From Albugo candida (lineage: Eukaryota), in the NCBI GenBank assembly GCA_040437565.1, contig JBDOQK010000043.1:124001-188000 (forward strand): DNA of 64,000 nucleotides, read 5' to 3'. The number at the start of each line of letters is the position of its first letter. Position 1 is the first letter of the stretch. Positions 13,010 to 23,955 of this stretch are shown here, in pieces. Under the pieces are notes generated by a model that searched no databases, was not told the origin of the DNA, and saw nothing but the letters and a program-made list of their open reading frames with translations. Made by a program: the position numbers and the translations under genes.

Positions 13010-14863
13010 CTATACATTTCGTCGATTCACTGCCACCCAATCGTATGTGTACGCCACTCCTTCATATTTGTGATTGCCAGGAACTTGAGTCTCGGGAAGA
13101 AGTACATTGCCAGATAGATCAAAAATTGTGAGATATGAATTTTGGAAATCGTCCTTTTCGATTTCTTCGCTTTTGACAGCCATAATGATCGAGTCGTCTG
13201 TACGCGGTAGAAACTTGAAGGAAGAAAAGCCTCGAGATGGAGTCAGAACTCCAATTTGTACGATTTCAATACTGCTAAAGTCTTCACTTGCAATCACCAT
13301 TTTGTTGGATCCGCGAAGTTCATCCTCTCCTTCCGTATACGCTTCCGTGCTCACTCGACGTGGAAGAAGGAACCATCGACGATGCACATTACTCCATTCA
13401 ACAGCCTCGTGCACCACGTACCCAGGGTACTCGGAACCCAATGCCTTTCGAATAAGTTCATAATTCCCTGTCCAGTCTTCGTGTCGTATGTTTCCATTTT
13501 TTTCCATAATTGCAATCCACTGAAACCCATTGCCGAGAATGTTGCCTTTACTATCTGTAAACTCTTTTCCAATACTTCCCATATACAGCTCTCCATCTTT
13601 CACAGTAGCCCATTCATGTTTCTGTCCCTTTGAACTCAATCCATCNNNNNNNNNNNNNNNNNNNNNNNNNNNNNNNNNNNNNNNNNNNNNNNNNNNNNNN
13701 NNNNNNNNNNNNNNNNNNNNNNNNNNNNNNNNNNNNNNNNNNNNNCATCGACGATGCACATTACTCCATTCAACAGCCTCGTGCACCACGTACCCAGGGT
13801 ACTCGGAACCCAATGCCTTTCGAATAAGTTCATAATTCCCTGTCCAGTCTTCGTGTCGTATGTTTCCATTTTTTTCCATAATTGCAATCCACTGAAACCC
13901 ATTGCCGAGAATGTTGCCTTTACTATCTGTAAACTCTTTTCCAATACTTCCCATATACAGCTCTCCATCTTTCACAGTAGCCCATTCATGTTTCTGTCCC
14001 TTTGAACTCAATCCATCACGCTCCATCACGATGCTCCTTGGAATCAGTTGAACGTCTTTCCGTCCATCGAATCCTTTGATCTCAAACATGATTCCTGTCC
14101 GATCATCGAATGTGAGGAGTTTATGATCAAACCAAACAAGCTCGCTTAGCTCGCATCCACGTCCTGCTTCATTCATTGCAGTTGAAAACTTGTACTTTGC
14201 TCCCCAAGTTACTGCGTATGTATCGACACCAGGAAACTTCTTTTCCGGAGATGAAGTCGATGGTGGAATGGATTGAGCTGTTTTTGTAATTTTGATAGCT
14301 GCGTGCTGTAAATACGAAATGAATTGTAATCTTTCACTTTTGATATCCCTCGACTTTTTATCAAGGTCCGCAACTAATACAACTCCAATTGAGTCGGGTC
14401 GGGTCAGCCCGTAAGGGAGCACGGGTGGAATTCTGCTTCGAGCAGACGGCGCAGCAGCGGCGGAAGGTATCGACGGAACGCCATTGTTTGGCGTGTTTTT
14501 ATCTGTGTATGTTCCGTTGTTACTTCGAAAAGGTGGTGATTTCTGAGCTGAGGAAAAGGAGAAATAAGACGACGAAACGAGCGATAGAATCACTACGACT
14601 AGAAGTATAAGGCCAATAAAACACATTCTATAGCGTGTGAAAATATCCAAATTATTTGTAGATGATGCAGAAAGTGCAGAATTACTTCTTCGAAGTGTGG
14701 GCGCTGTGGTTCCCTCAATATCGCTGTTTATCGTGTTGAGATTTGGTACGCTACGTGCAATTTGTAAGCTTCGTGGCAGTTTGGGAGCGCCTTCTTCTGT
14801 CCACATGTTCGTTTCTACTTCGCTCGTTTTGCGCTTCACACGGTCCAAACGCAATGGGAACAT
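13010..14863 (-). CDS. Ca2+-activated nucleotidase/apyrase (CANT1-like), type II membrane anchor; internal duplication is a gap artefact
   Basis: ADLD, GRGCELSELVWF, DDRTG, KHEWATVKDGELYMGS, HEAVEWS, RGFSSFKF, KYEGV motifs and an N-terminal TM helix. Confidence 0.92.
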   Translation of the reverse strand: MFPLRLDRVKRKTSEVETNMWTEEGAPKLPRSLQIARSVPNLNTINSDIEGTTAPTLRRSNSALSASSTNNLDIFTRYRMCFIGLILLVVVILSLVSSSYFSFSSAQKSPPFRSNNGTYTDKNTPNNGVPSIPSAAAAPSARSRIPPVLPYGLTRPDSIGVVLVADLDKKSRDIKSERLQFISYLQHAAIKITKTAQSIPPSTSSPEKKFPGVDTYAVTWGAKYKFSTAMNEAGRGCELSELVWFDHKLLTFDDRTGIMFEIKGFDGRKDVQLIPRSIVMERDGLSSKGQKHEWATVKDGELYMGSIGKEFTDSKGNILGNGFQWIAIMEKNGNIRHEDWTGNYELIRKALGSEYPGYVVHEAVEWSNVHRRXXXXXXXXXXXXXXXXXXXXXXXXXXXXXXXXXXDGLSSKGQKHEWATVKDGELYMGSIGKEFTDSKGNILGNGFQWIAIMEKNGNIRHEDWTGNYELIRKALGSEYPGYVVHEAVEWSNVHRRWFLLPRRVSTEAYTEGEDELRGSNKMVIASEDFSSIEIVQIGVLTPSRGFSSFKFLPRTDDSIIMAVKSEEIEKDDFQNSYLTIFDLSGNVLLPETQVPGNHKYEGVAYTYDWVAVNRRNV

Positions 14864-15099
14864 AAAACTATTTCCCGCACAAACGAAAGAATCTTACATT
14901 CACTCTGTGGGGCACCGACTAATATTCAACCGCCGTGCACTGCCCTAACCAGATGACGGTATTTGACCAATAAATATTGAGGTAAGACATACACCAGTAT
15001 ACCGGTGACGCAAGTCCATAGGATTTGTAGCGACGTATACTTTCAAAGTATATAAATGGATAGTCATTCTAGCATATATCTATCTTTCCTATATTACAT

Positions 15100-16874
15100 T
15101 TAGGAGCTATTTTCATTGCCAACTTTATACAATCTCGGAATCATTCCACTCTTTACTGCCGATCGAATGATGGTCTGCACTCCCTCCGGACTCAAGTAAT
15201 TGTCCTCTAAACCCAAAAATCGCAATTGAGGGCACGCTGAACTCGATAAAACAGAAGTGAACGCCGATACACAATTATCTGTGATGATATTTCCACCAAG
15301 ACATAAATATTTGAGCTGTGTAGCCGACTGTGCGCTCACGACTGACATCAGACGTTTCAGTCCAAGCTCTCCAATATAATTACGACGCAAATCGAGACGC
15401 TGTAGCTTTGGAATCGCTTTAGAATGAAGCACGCGGGCGACATAGAGACTTCCAACGTCGCCGATACTGTTGCCACCAAGAAGTAAATCTTCGATTTCGG
15501 GGCATTTTCCTTGTGNNNNNNNNNNNNNNNNNNNNNNNNNNNNNNNNNNNNNNNNNNNNNNNNNNNNNNNNNNNNNNNNNNNNNNNNNNNNNNNNNNNNN
15601 NNNNNNNNNNNNNNNCCACCAAGACATAAATATTTGAGCTGTGTAGCCGACTGTGCGCTCACGACTGACATCAGACGTTTCAGTCCAAGCTCTCCAATAT
15701 AATTACGACGCAAATCGAGACGCTGTAGCTTTGGAATCGCTTTAGAATGAAGCACGCGGGCGACATAGAGACTTCCAACGTCGCCGATACTGTTGCCACC
15801 AAGAAGTAAATCTTCGATTTCGGGGCATTTTCCTTGTGAGAGAACACCACATAGAGCTCGTAAACCGTTTCGATGAAATGTGTTGGTGAAAAGCGCAACG
15901 AGATGGAGTGTATGTAATCGTTCACAAGCACCGTATCCGATTGCAGAAGCCAATGAATGAGTGACTTTTTCACCGATATTATCCTCTGAAGCATCCAATT
16001 CGGAGCAGCTCCAAGCTCGAAGCGCTCGAGAGTTCGATTGAGCATCCAAGAGAGTCGGATCATTGTCTTTATAGATCACTAGACGACGCAAATTTACAAG
16101 CGTGGGGATAGCTCCAAATGCCGTTTGGCCATTGGTAAACGATTGAGCCATGGATCGAACATTCACTCGAAGAGAAGTGATGCAAGTAGGAGCAAATTTT
16201 GCCGTGAATCGATTGATTGCTCGCACTCGAATGATTTCTTTTCCGTCGAGAAATGAATATATCGTTCGGACGGAATTTTCATCAAGTGCACAAAACATAC
16301 ATTCAGTCTCTTGCGACCTTAATGGAAGCACACAATGTCGTTTCGCCTGGAATGATGGTACATTTCGAAAAAACGAGGGTTTTGCCGAATCACGCTTTGA
16401 CAAAGCTTGTTCGTTGATAGCTGCAGTTTCGTGATAACTGAACGAGATCAATGCTTGTAATCTTCTTCGTAATGTGCTCAGATTCTGATACTCTTCCAAA
16501 GAAGCTGCTCGCGAATACAGAGACAACTCGATCCGTTTTGCAAGCGTAACAAGTGATTCACGTTTTTGTCTTTCAGTCAAGTTGTTAGAGCCACTCCCGT
16601 TTTGTAACGAGCCGTATGGCTGCGCCAAAGCCATAATTTGCTGTAGAATCAAGCGACGCTGCGGCATATCATTCCTACTGTCTTGCCAATGACTTGTGTT
16701 GGCCAAGACTTCCTGTTCAACCAGTGTGACCTTTGCTTTCCCATCCATCTCATCATACGAGCGCTTATAGTGGAAACTGCTGGTGGAAGATTTCGGAGAG
16801 CCATTTGGTAAGGAGTACAGCGAACTCACTTTATCGATTGGTGTGCTTATGTGAGGAGCAGAGTACGTTGTCAT
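15100..16874 (-). CDS. KIX-like + F-box-like + RNI-type LRR protein (gap-duplicated C-terminal part)
   Basis: WQ..RRLILQQI...AKRIELSLYSRAASLEEYQNLSTL (KIX_2-like); LDENSVRTIYSFLDGKEI (F-box-like); LxxLxLxxNxI repeats. Start Met assumed at MTTYS. Confidence 0.75.
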
Positions 16875-17529
16875 GGTGCTGAGTTGAAACGTTTGGAGAG
16901 ATTCCTTTAGTAGGAAAATAGGAGAATGTAAGAGTGAATGCGATCGTAAAAAGAGTGGAATGTGTATTTTAGGTTTAAAAACAGTCGATTCGACAGCATC
17001 AGCCGATCGAACTTCATAATGTTGCAATGTACGACTATGTTGCGCTTTTGCAGGAAAATGCATCGGCACGCCGTTGCAATATGACGAAACGTGCACCGTG
17101 GTCTTGGCAATTTGATTGGACGAAAAGAAAGCCAGACCTTCATGCCGTTATCCATGATAGGCTCTAGAAGGTTCGATCAACGCGACTTGCGTTCTATTTA
17201 TACTGACACGTGTCGGTTCCTATGGAAGCAAAAATTTTCACAATTGGTGGAAAAAGAAATGTGTAGTTGTGCACCGTTCTCATCGTAAGACTGGCCAAAA
17301 TACCCCAGCCCCCTTAATAGGAGCTATAAAATTGTGTGGTCGCTGTCTAATCTACCTGAAAGATCAATACATCAGCTTTACGGATGGTACGGTAATGCAC
17401 CTGGCATACTAAGATAGGTAACTCGCTTCCAGTAAACACAAGCGTTCAATTTTTATCGTATAGCACACTACTATTGCAGCATACGAACCGTATACTATAC
17501 CACCACTTGTTCAATTCTAACGTTCTATC

Positions 17530-17778
17530 ATGGAAGATGTGCCGAAAACGGAAACTGGATATGCAAAACTGAAGCGACGCTGCATGCAAGAACCATTCGT
17601 ACCAATTGGTTGCCTTGCGACAGCAGGAGTTCTCACCAGTGGTTTATTATCATTTGCGCGTGCGGCGGATCCACGCACACAACAAAAGTATATGCGCGCT
17701 CGGGTATTTGCGCAAGGTAGCACTGTTATTGTGATGGTATTGGGTTCTTTTTTGGCATTGAATCCGCAGAAGAAATAA
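17530..17778 (+). CDS. HIG1-domain protein (Rcf1/HIGD2-like)
   Basis: EPFVPIGCLATAGVL...QQKYMRARVFAQG signature with two TM helices. Confidence 0.9.
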   Translation: MEDVPKTETGYAKLKRRCMQEPFVPIGCLATAGVLTSGLLSFARAADPRTQQKYMRARVFAQGSTVIVMVLGSFLALNPQKK

Positions 17779-17842
17779 TACATGCTTTTTTATTGCCACA
17801 TTTCTATATACTTTATTTAAATGAAGATCAGAAACTCTCGTT

Positions 17843-19045
17843 TCACGCCAATACAAACAAAAAGAAAACAACAAATACAAAAAGAACCGCAAACACTTTG
17901 AACGCAAGCGTCCGCGTATTCGATAAACTGGAGAGGTACTTTAATAATTCATTTTCACCCGCAGAGATATTGCGTACCATATCGTCAACGTGATCATCGA
18001 CGCTGTAAACATTAAAGATCACTTATGTATAGCGGAGTGAGTTACATTAACAGACGTACCGCTGTACTTGTTCGCCTTGTTCTGATATCAAAGTGGACAA
18101 CCGACCAAAAAGCTGATTGATATCGACAATGTGACTTTCAATTTGTGACACAGCTTCCATCCGTGAAGCTGTGTAATTCTGCTCAGTGGATACGAGTTGC
18201 TCGGTCGCGATCCCTGAGATCAAAGGTTTACGCTCTTGATCTTCTTCAACCGTATCAGATACTGTAACACCATGTGGTCGAGGTAACATGTTTGATGACT
18301 TATTCGCAAAAATGAGTGGTTTTCCAAGTGAACTGGATGTTGGTTTTCCATACTTTGCTCTACGATCTTGCTGAAGCTTCAAATTCTGCTGCCGAGTCTG
18401 TAAAATATGTCAAAACTCGTTGGATTTCAGAAACGTATTCATACCTCCAAGATGTTCTTGAACCCTTGTGTAGCATCCATCAAGTCCGATTTCATTTGCG
18501 AAACAATGGCTTCAGAATGAGTAGCTTGCGATTTCGTAACATTCCCACGACTGTGGACGTACTCCTACATTTGTAATGTTAAAGACCATGCGTCATATTA
18601 GTACCAAATAACCTGCAACTGATCTAACTGTTTCGTTATGGATGTGATATCCTTCTTAACAAGCATTGTGGTCTCATTGATCGCTTCGGTTGGATCATTA
18701 AAAACGCTGTGCTGCCGCACCACTACAACGTATCGATCAAATTGGGACTATAGAAGTGGTAGCGCTACAGACATTGTGTGAGCGTTTGCAGACGTCTTGA
18801 CGCTTGACTGATTTCTTTGGAAATATCGCTAGCTGCCAAATTAAATTGGATGTTCTTTTGTATTGGGTCAAGTCCACGCTACACAAATGCAATAGATTGC
18901 AGCAAATATCAATACACGTTATTGCAAAAGAATGTTCTAACGTATAGCAGACATGTGATGTAGTGCTTGGAAGTGTCTTGTACGCCGATTGACTCGTATA
19001 GCGCTCACAAGTTTCAATAAAGTCGCTCGTACGATCGCATGCCAT
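17843..19045 (-). CDS. STX5: Syntaxin 5 (Sed5/SYP3 family), multi-exon
   Basis: MACDRTSDF N-peptide, SVFNDP, SNARE motif SRMEAVSQIESHIVDINQLFGRLSTLISEQGEQVQR|VDD and a C-terminal TM. Confidence 0.9.
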
Positions 19046-19127
19046 CTTTAAGCTGATTTTCTGCTCAGTTGTGTATATTGACTGTGCTACATATCCTACA
19101 TGTACGTAACATACACTAATTCCGTGT

Positions 19128-19746
19128 CTACGATAGCTGAACATCCGCCGATTCAATACACTTTCGTAGCGGCGTGAGCGCCTGACGGAGTTGTTCACCG
19201 AGTAAGGACAGGACCGCGGCTTGTGGCGATCGTATCGCAATAATTGTGATCACCAGCGGCATGTCATTCACGTGGATAAGGACAGTATTTCTGTAATAGG
19301 CGGTCACAGTTTTCACAGCTCCAAAACGCAACTTTCCAACCTACACAATGACATACATTCAATAGTGAAAACAGTATTCGAGTACATTCCTACTTGGTCT
19401 GCAGCTCGCGCCAGTATGGTGGGAAGAATCGTCTCTGCGGCTTCATAGGTAGACCCACCGCACCGTTCAGGCTCTACAACTAAGAAATAGCTGTGTCAGA
19501 TTTTGTAACAAACGACAAAAAAGCATTACCATTTATCAAAGGTACACCTTCCCATGTGCAAATGAGAATTGCCTGTATGTCATCGAATCTAGTAATCGAG
19601 TTTATTTGACGATATTGAAGCGCTAAGAGGGACTTGTATACTTGTCTAGAAGTGTCTTGAGCTGTTGAGAAAGCTCCTTGCTCTATATTGATATTCAGGC
19701 TTAATACTTTATATAATACACAGCAAATTGAATTGATAGAAACCAT
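19128..19746 (-). CDS. LAMTOR3: Ragulator subunit LAMTOR3 (MP1), multi-exon
   Basis: Spliced reading M|SKELSQQLKTLLDK|FDDIQAILICTWEGVPLI...ARAADQ|VGKLRFGAVKTVTAYYRNTVLIHVNDMPLVITIIA resembles MP1; the start could instead be 19767. Confidence 0.75.
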
Positions 19747-19836
19747 TTCCGCGGGATCCGATGTCATGTCTGAATGTACCGTGACTTGCAATAACAAATA
19801 GAGCGTATATATTGGAAGACAAGGTAATACAAACTC

Positions 19837-20328
19837 CTATTGCGGCATTTTTTCTCCTGTTCTTTTCTCGTACTCTATACGTAATGCTTCTTTTATCGCT
19901 TTCATCTCGGCATTCTGCCATTCTTCCATAATATCGTCATAATCTTCTGGATCTGCGAATTGGATTCCACGCATCTGAGCCAATTTGCTAAGAAATCGAT
20001 TGCCTTCCACTTTTTCATATTTTTCGATAAGCATTTCATACGCTTGCTCCTCAGGAACACCTTGTTCAATCAAAGTAAGCTGCTCATCGGCAAATTCCAT
20101 TGCGGTCGCTGTATCAATCGCTCCATTCCGTCGACTTACATATAACTCTGCCAAACGATCTTGTGGGAACGATATCACAGGAATTCGATCCCTATCGTTT
20201 CGCGGGATGGGAGGTGGTGGATATCGATGTACCATCGGCAGCCAATCCGGCTTTTTCATTCCTCCATTACGCACTAATCCTTCCACAAGGCGAAACATTG
20301 GCATCGTGCGATTCCGAGCTCTTCCCAT
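19837..20328 (-). CDS. Mitochondrial ribosomal protein mS23-like
   Basis: FRLVEGLVRNGGMKKPDWLPMVHRYPPP...ISFPQDRL...FADEQLTLIEQGVPEEQAY fits the MRP-S23/Rsm25 pattern. Confidence 0.8.
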   Translation of the reverse strand: MGRARNRTMPMFRLVEGLVRNGGMKKPDWLPMVHRYPPPPIPRNDRDRIPVISFPQDRLAELYVSRRNGAIDTATAMEFADEQLTLIEQGVPEEQAYEMLIEKYEKVEGNRFLSKLAQMRGIQFADPEDYDDIMEEWQNAEMKAIKEALRIEYEKRTGEKMPQ

Positions 20329-20439
20329 GATTAATCTAATTGGCTAATGACGCACCCATTAATAGCCAATCCAACGTCTCCAATATCATTGGTTCGCAGT
20401 ACATTTTCATCGGCACACAATTATTCGGATTCAGAAACG
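20329..20439. promoter_or_regulatory. Bidirectional promoter (mS23/RACK1) with CCAAT boxes
   Basis: 111-bp head-to-head spacer containing ATTGG twice and CCAAT twice. Confidence 0.6.
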
Positions 20440-21396
20440 ATGGCAGACACATGCAACATTTACCTCCGCGGAGAACTCGATGGACACAATGGGAAATGCG
20501 TTAGCTCCATTGCAACCAGTCGTGAAAACCCCAATATGCTCCTAACAGCGTCTCACGATAAATCGGTGCTTGTTTGGCAGCTAACCAGCGATGGCGAAAA
20601 CTGTGGGTTTCCTCGTCGACGTTTGTTGGGACACGCTCATTACGTTCAGGATGTGGTGATCTCTTCGGACGGTCAATTTGCACTTTCGGGATCGTGGGAC
20701 AGTACTTTACGTCTTTGGGACCTTAACACTGGAAACACTACTCGACGATTTGTTGGACACTCGAAAGATGTTCTTTCGGTAGCATTCAGCGCCGATAATC
20801 GTCAAATTGTGTCTGCTTCTCGTGATAAAACAATCAAATTGTGGAATACACTTGGAGAATGTAAATACACAATCACAGAAAATGGTCACTCGGAGTGGGT
20901 TTCATGCGTTCGATTCAGTCCTTCCAGCTCCAATCCTCTGATTGTATCATGTGGCTGGGATAAAGCCGTCAAAATTTGGAACCTTACAAATTGTAAGTTA
21001 CACACAAACCTTCTCGGTCACACTGGCTACCTGAACTCGGTGACGGTCTCTCCGGATGGATCAATTTGTGCTTCAGGTGGAAAAGATGGTACCGCCAATT
21101 TGTGGGATTTAAATGAGGGAAAACGGCTGTACTCATTGGTCGCCGGTGACGTCATTCATGCGCTCGTATTTTCACCCAATCGATACTGGCTCTGTGCAGC
21201 GACCTCCAGTGGCATCAAGATTTGGGATCTCGAATCCAAAGCTGTGGTGCATGAGCTCAACCCGGACCTCGAGCCTCCAAAGGGAAAATACGCGCGTGTG
21301 CCACATTGTGTCTCACTGGCGTGGTCGGCTGATGGATCCATTCTGTTCAGTGGGTACACGGATGGTATTGTCCGTGTTTGGGCTGTCGGAAACTGA
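20440..21396 (+). CDS. RACK1: RACK1 (40S-associated WD40 scaffold)
   Basis: Seven WD repeats; [49 protein letters not shown]. Confidence 0.97.
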   Translation: MADTCNIYLRGELDGHNGKCVSSIATSRENPNMLLTASHDKSVLVWQLTSDGENCGFPRRRLLGHAHYVQDVVISSDGQFALSGSWDSTLRLWDLNTGNTTRRFVGHSKDVLSVAFSADNRQIVSASRDKTIKLWNTLGECKYTITENGHSEWVSCVRFSPSSSNPLIVSCGWDKAVKIWNLTNCKLHTNLLGHTGYLNSVTVSPDGSICASGGKDGTANLWDLNEGKRLYSLVAGDVIHALVFSPNRYWLCAATSSGIKIWDLESKAVVHELNPDLEPPKGKYARVPHCVSLAWSADGSILFSGYTDGIVRVWAVGN

Positions 21397-21486
21397 GAAA
21401 GCGAATGAAAGAATAATTGGAGTCAGAAACAATTTATTCAGTTCAAATTGCTATAACATTCTGAATCTGAATCTGAGTCTGAGAAT

Positions 21487-21926
21487 CTACTTGAGTTTTT
21501 TCTTCATGCGTAATTGACTGCTGTGTCCGCATTTTTTCTTCCGACAGTTTGTCGCACTGATTGGAAGACGCGCATAACAAATACGACAGATCTTCTTCTC
21601 CGTGTTCTTTTTCTTGGCGAGCGCTGCGAGTGTTGGCTCAATGGCACCACCACGAAGTCGAAGGACCAAATGAAGGGTGGATTCTAATGAGAATTGCGTG
21701 AGGGAATGTAACGCGAGAGAAATGATATAAATGTACCTTTTTGGATGTTGTAATCCGCGAGCGTTCGGCCGTCCTCCAATTGTTTTCCTGCGAAAATCAA
21801 ACGCTGTTGGTCGGGAGGAATTCCTTCCTTGTCTTGAATCTTCGCCTTCACATTATCGATCGTGTCGGATGATTCGACCTCAAGAGTGATTGTTTTCCCG
21901 GTGAGTGTCTTGACGAAAATCTGCAT
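21487..21926 (-). CDS. UBA52: Ubiquitin-60S ribosomal protein L40 fusion, 2 exons
   Basis: [11 protein letters not shown]...[18 protein letters not shown] followed by the L40 zinc finger CRICYARL...CRKKKCGH. Confidence 0.97.
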
Positions 21927-22020
21927 TCTTAAGTAGTTCTGAGGTGTTTCAACTCTCTGCAACCAATCCCTTACAATGACCTAAATTTAAAAGTGGTAAG
22001 TAATGTGTGAAACATTAAAT

Positions 22021-22278
22021 ATGGCGGACACGTACCAAGTGAGCGAACATTTTCCGCGCGTTACGAAAGAGTGCGCAAAACCGGCGAATTTATTTTTTGA
22101 TTGTTTTTATAAAAATGGCAAGCAGGAAAATGGTGTAGCGGATCCCGATATTGGAAATAGAGCATTGCAATTATGCGCTACATCGCTTCAGCAGTACAAT
22201 CACTGCATCGATCAAAGTGCTGCAAAGAGTATTAAACCACTCACACGAGCGCCAGAAGTGTATCGCGTACGAGAATAA
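22021..22278 (+). CDS. Small twin-CX9C protein (probable mitochondrial intermembrane space)
   Basis: CAKPANLFFDC and CATSLQQYNHC form two CX9C motifs in 85 aa. Confidence 0.7.
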   Translation: MADTYQVSEHFPRVTKECAKPANLFFDCFYKNGKQENGVADPDIGNRALQLCATSLQQYNHCIDQSAAKSIKPLTRAPEVYRVRE

Positions 22279-22586
22279 TGGAAGAGGAGACTATGCGACC
22301 CAACTAAAGCTTTTGCTACAACCTATTTAGCAATGTCGACTTTGATATTAACTGATGGTAAACACATGCTTGAAATTGACCTCATTTCATAGTTTCGTCT
22401 CGTACTTGATAGCAAAAGTTCTTCAACTGATACGGTCGATACTCACCGATTTATCGCTATTTGAAAAATACTTGATTTTGATACCCTGTTAGAGTGAATG
22501 TGCATGCAACTGCAAAAAGAGTGAAGCTACTTGGCTATATTCCTCAATCAAAGTATTGTTGTTATAGCAATTGTAAACGACTGAAT

Positions 22587-23009
22587 CTAAACTTGATAGC
22601 CGCTCTTTGTCGAACCTGCGAGACGATCGACCACACTTCTGATGCCAGGAAGGTTTAGTATCGTACCGAGAATAGGCATTTGACGCATAAATGCGACAGC
22701 TACGGGGAAAAATGATCCAAACAAATTGAGAAATCCAAATGATTGAAACACCATCCCAACGACTGGCCATCGTGCCATGACCAATATGATTCCGCCTAGA
22801 AAACAAAGAATCCCTCGCCATCGCTCCCTCCGTGTGAAAAAGCGGATTGTTCGCTGGAATCCGATTGTCAAAGCGACACCGGACAACAGTAATATATCCC
22901 CAAGAGCTAACAACGCCGCATCGAAGAACAAAATAACACCAAGTAATAGAAATCCAAAACCAATTCCCAGCAACAGCGTTCCAATCTTTCGATTGTCATC
23001 AAAACTCAT
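22587..23009 (-). CDS. GOT1: Got1/GOLT1 vesicle transport protein
   Basis: DDNRKIG...FFDAALLALGDILLLSGV...FGFLNLFGSFFP; four TM helices. Confidence 0.92.
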   Translation of the reverse strand: MSFDDNRKIGTLLLGIGFGFLLLGVILFFDAALLALGDILLLSGVALTIGFQRTIRFFTRRERWRGILCFLGGIILVMARWPVVGMVFQSFGFLNLFGSFFPVAVAFMRQMPILGTILNLPGIRSVVDRLAGSTKSGYQV

Positions 23010-23181
23010 TTCGCGTGCGGGAACGTGAATACTGTTCTCGACTACAATTGGAAGAAAACCTTACATCTACTCTCGGATTGGTTGAATCATTTAGTAAAAG
23101 CGGATTGGCTATAAAGCTCTCCTTGTTGCTTATATCATCCAATCACAATGAGGACGGCTCTATCATACAAAAGTGCGCAGC

Positions 23182-23955
23182 TCAAAGACCGCCGTCGTCT
23201 TCATCCAAACTTTCGTCGGTTGACATGGTGTCTTCCTCGATGTCTGCGCTTCCCGTTGGTAGAAGATGGAACATTCTCTTGCTTTTAGCGACCAAATAAT
23301 CCTTGCTGTGTTTTCCAGGTGGCATAATGACTGGAATACGTCCTTCCACATCAATAAACAGCTGACCGAGTAGAAAGAGCTTTCGCGGATTGTTTGTCAA
23401 CAGCCTTATAGATTTAATTCCAAGATCGCGGAGAATGAATTGAACAGCTTCGTAAGATCGATAATCGTCTTGGAATCCCAGGACACGATTTGCGTCGACT
23501 GTATCATACCCGTTTTCCTGCATCGAATATGCTTTAATTTTATTCGCGAGTCCAATGCCTCTTCCTTCTTGAGGCATATATATGACAACGCCTTCATGTT
23601 CCAAAATGTACTCTTTGGCGTATTGTAATTGCTCTCGACAATCACATTTTAAAGATCCAAACACCTCGGAAGTCGCACATTGATCATGAACACGAACGGG
23701 TACACTCGTACGACCTTTAAGATCGCCCACCACCATTGCGATTGGTTCGCTCTCCCGCAAGGATCCTTTTGACCGATACGCACGAATTCGAAAGTCTCCG
23801 TCTGTGGTTGGTAAAAGTGTCTCTGCCACAAATTCGGTACGAACGTGTGATCCCAAGCACGTAAGCCCCGGAGAAGCTGGTCCTTTGATCGGCGGGAATC
23901 TTAATGCGCTGATGGGATTTACGGGATCTGATTGGTGGCAATTTTGACAAACCAT
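23182..23955 (-). CDS. ribA: GTP cyclohydrolase II (riboflavin synthesis)
   Basis: VRVHDQCATSEVFGSLKCDCREQL, QEGRGIGLANKIKAY, DTVDAN, LLTNNPRK. Confidence 0.95.
   Translation of the reverse strand: MVCQNCHQSDPVNPISALRFPPIKGPASPGLTCLGSHVRTEFVAETLLPTTDGDFRIRAYRSKGSLRESEPIAMVVGDLKGRTSVPVRVHDQCATSEVFGSLKCDCREQLQYAKEYILEHEGVVIYMPQEGRGIGLANKIKAYSMQENGYDTVDANRVLGFQDDYRSYEAVQFILRDLGIKSIRLLTNNPRKLFLLGQLFIDVEGRIPVIMPPGKHSKDYLVAKSKRMFHLLPTGSADIEEDTMSTDESLDEDDGGL

Noticed and set aside
13376-14017. Apyrase with an internally duplicated domain
   Set aside because: The identical copies flank a 100-N gap, so this is an assembly overlap.
23182-23955. Bacterial contamination or recent horizontal transfer of ribA
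   Set aside because: The gene is embedded among intron-containing eukaryotic genes of similar composition; nothing in the sequence supports a foreign origin without a phylogeny.
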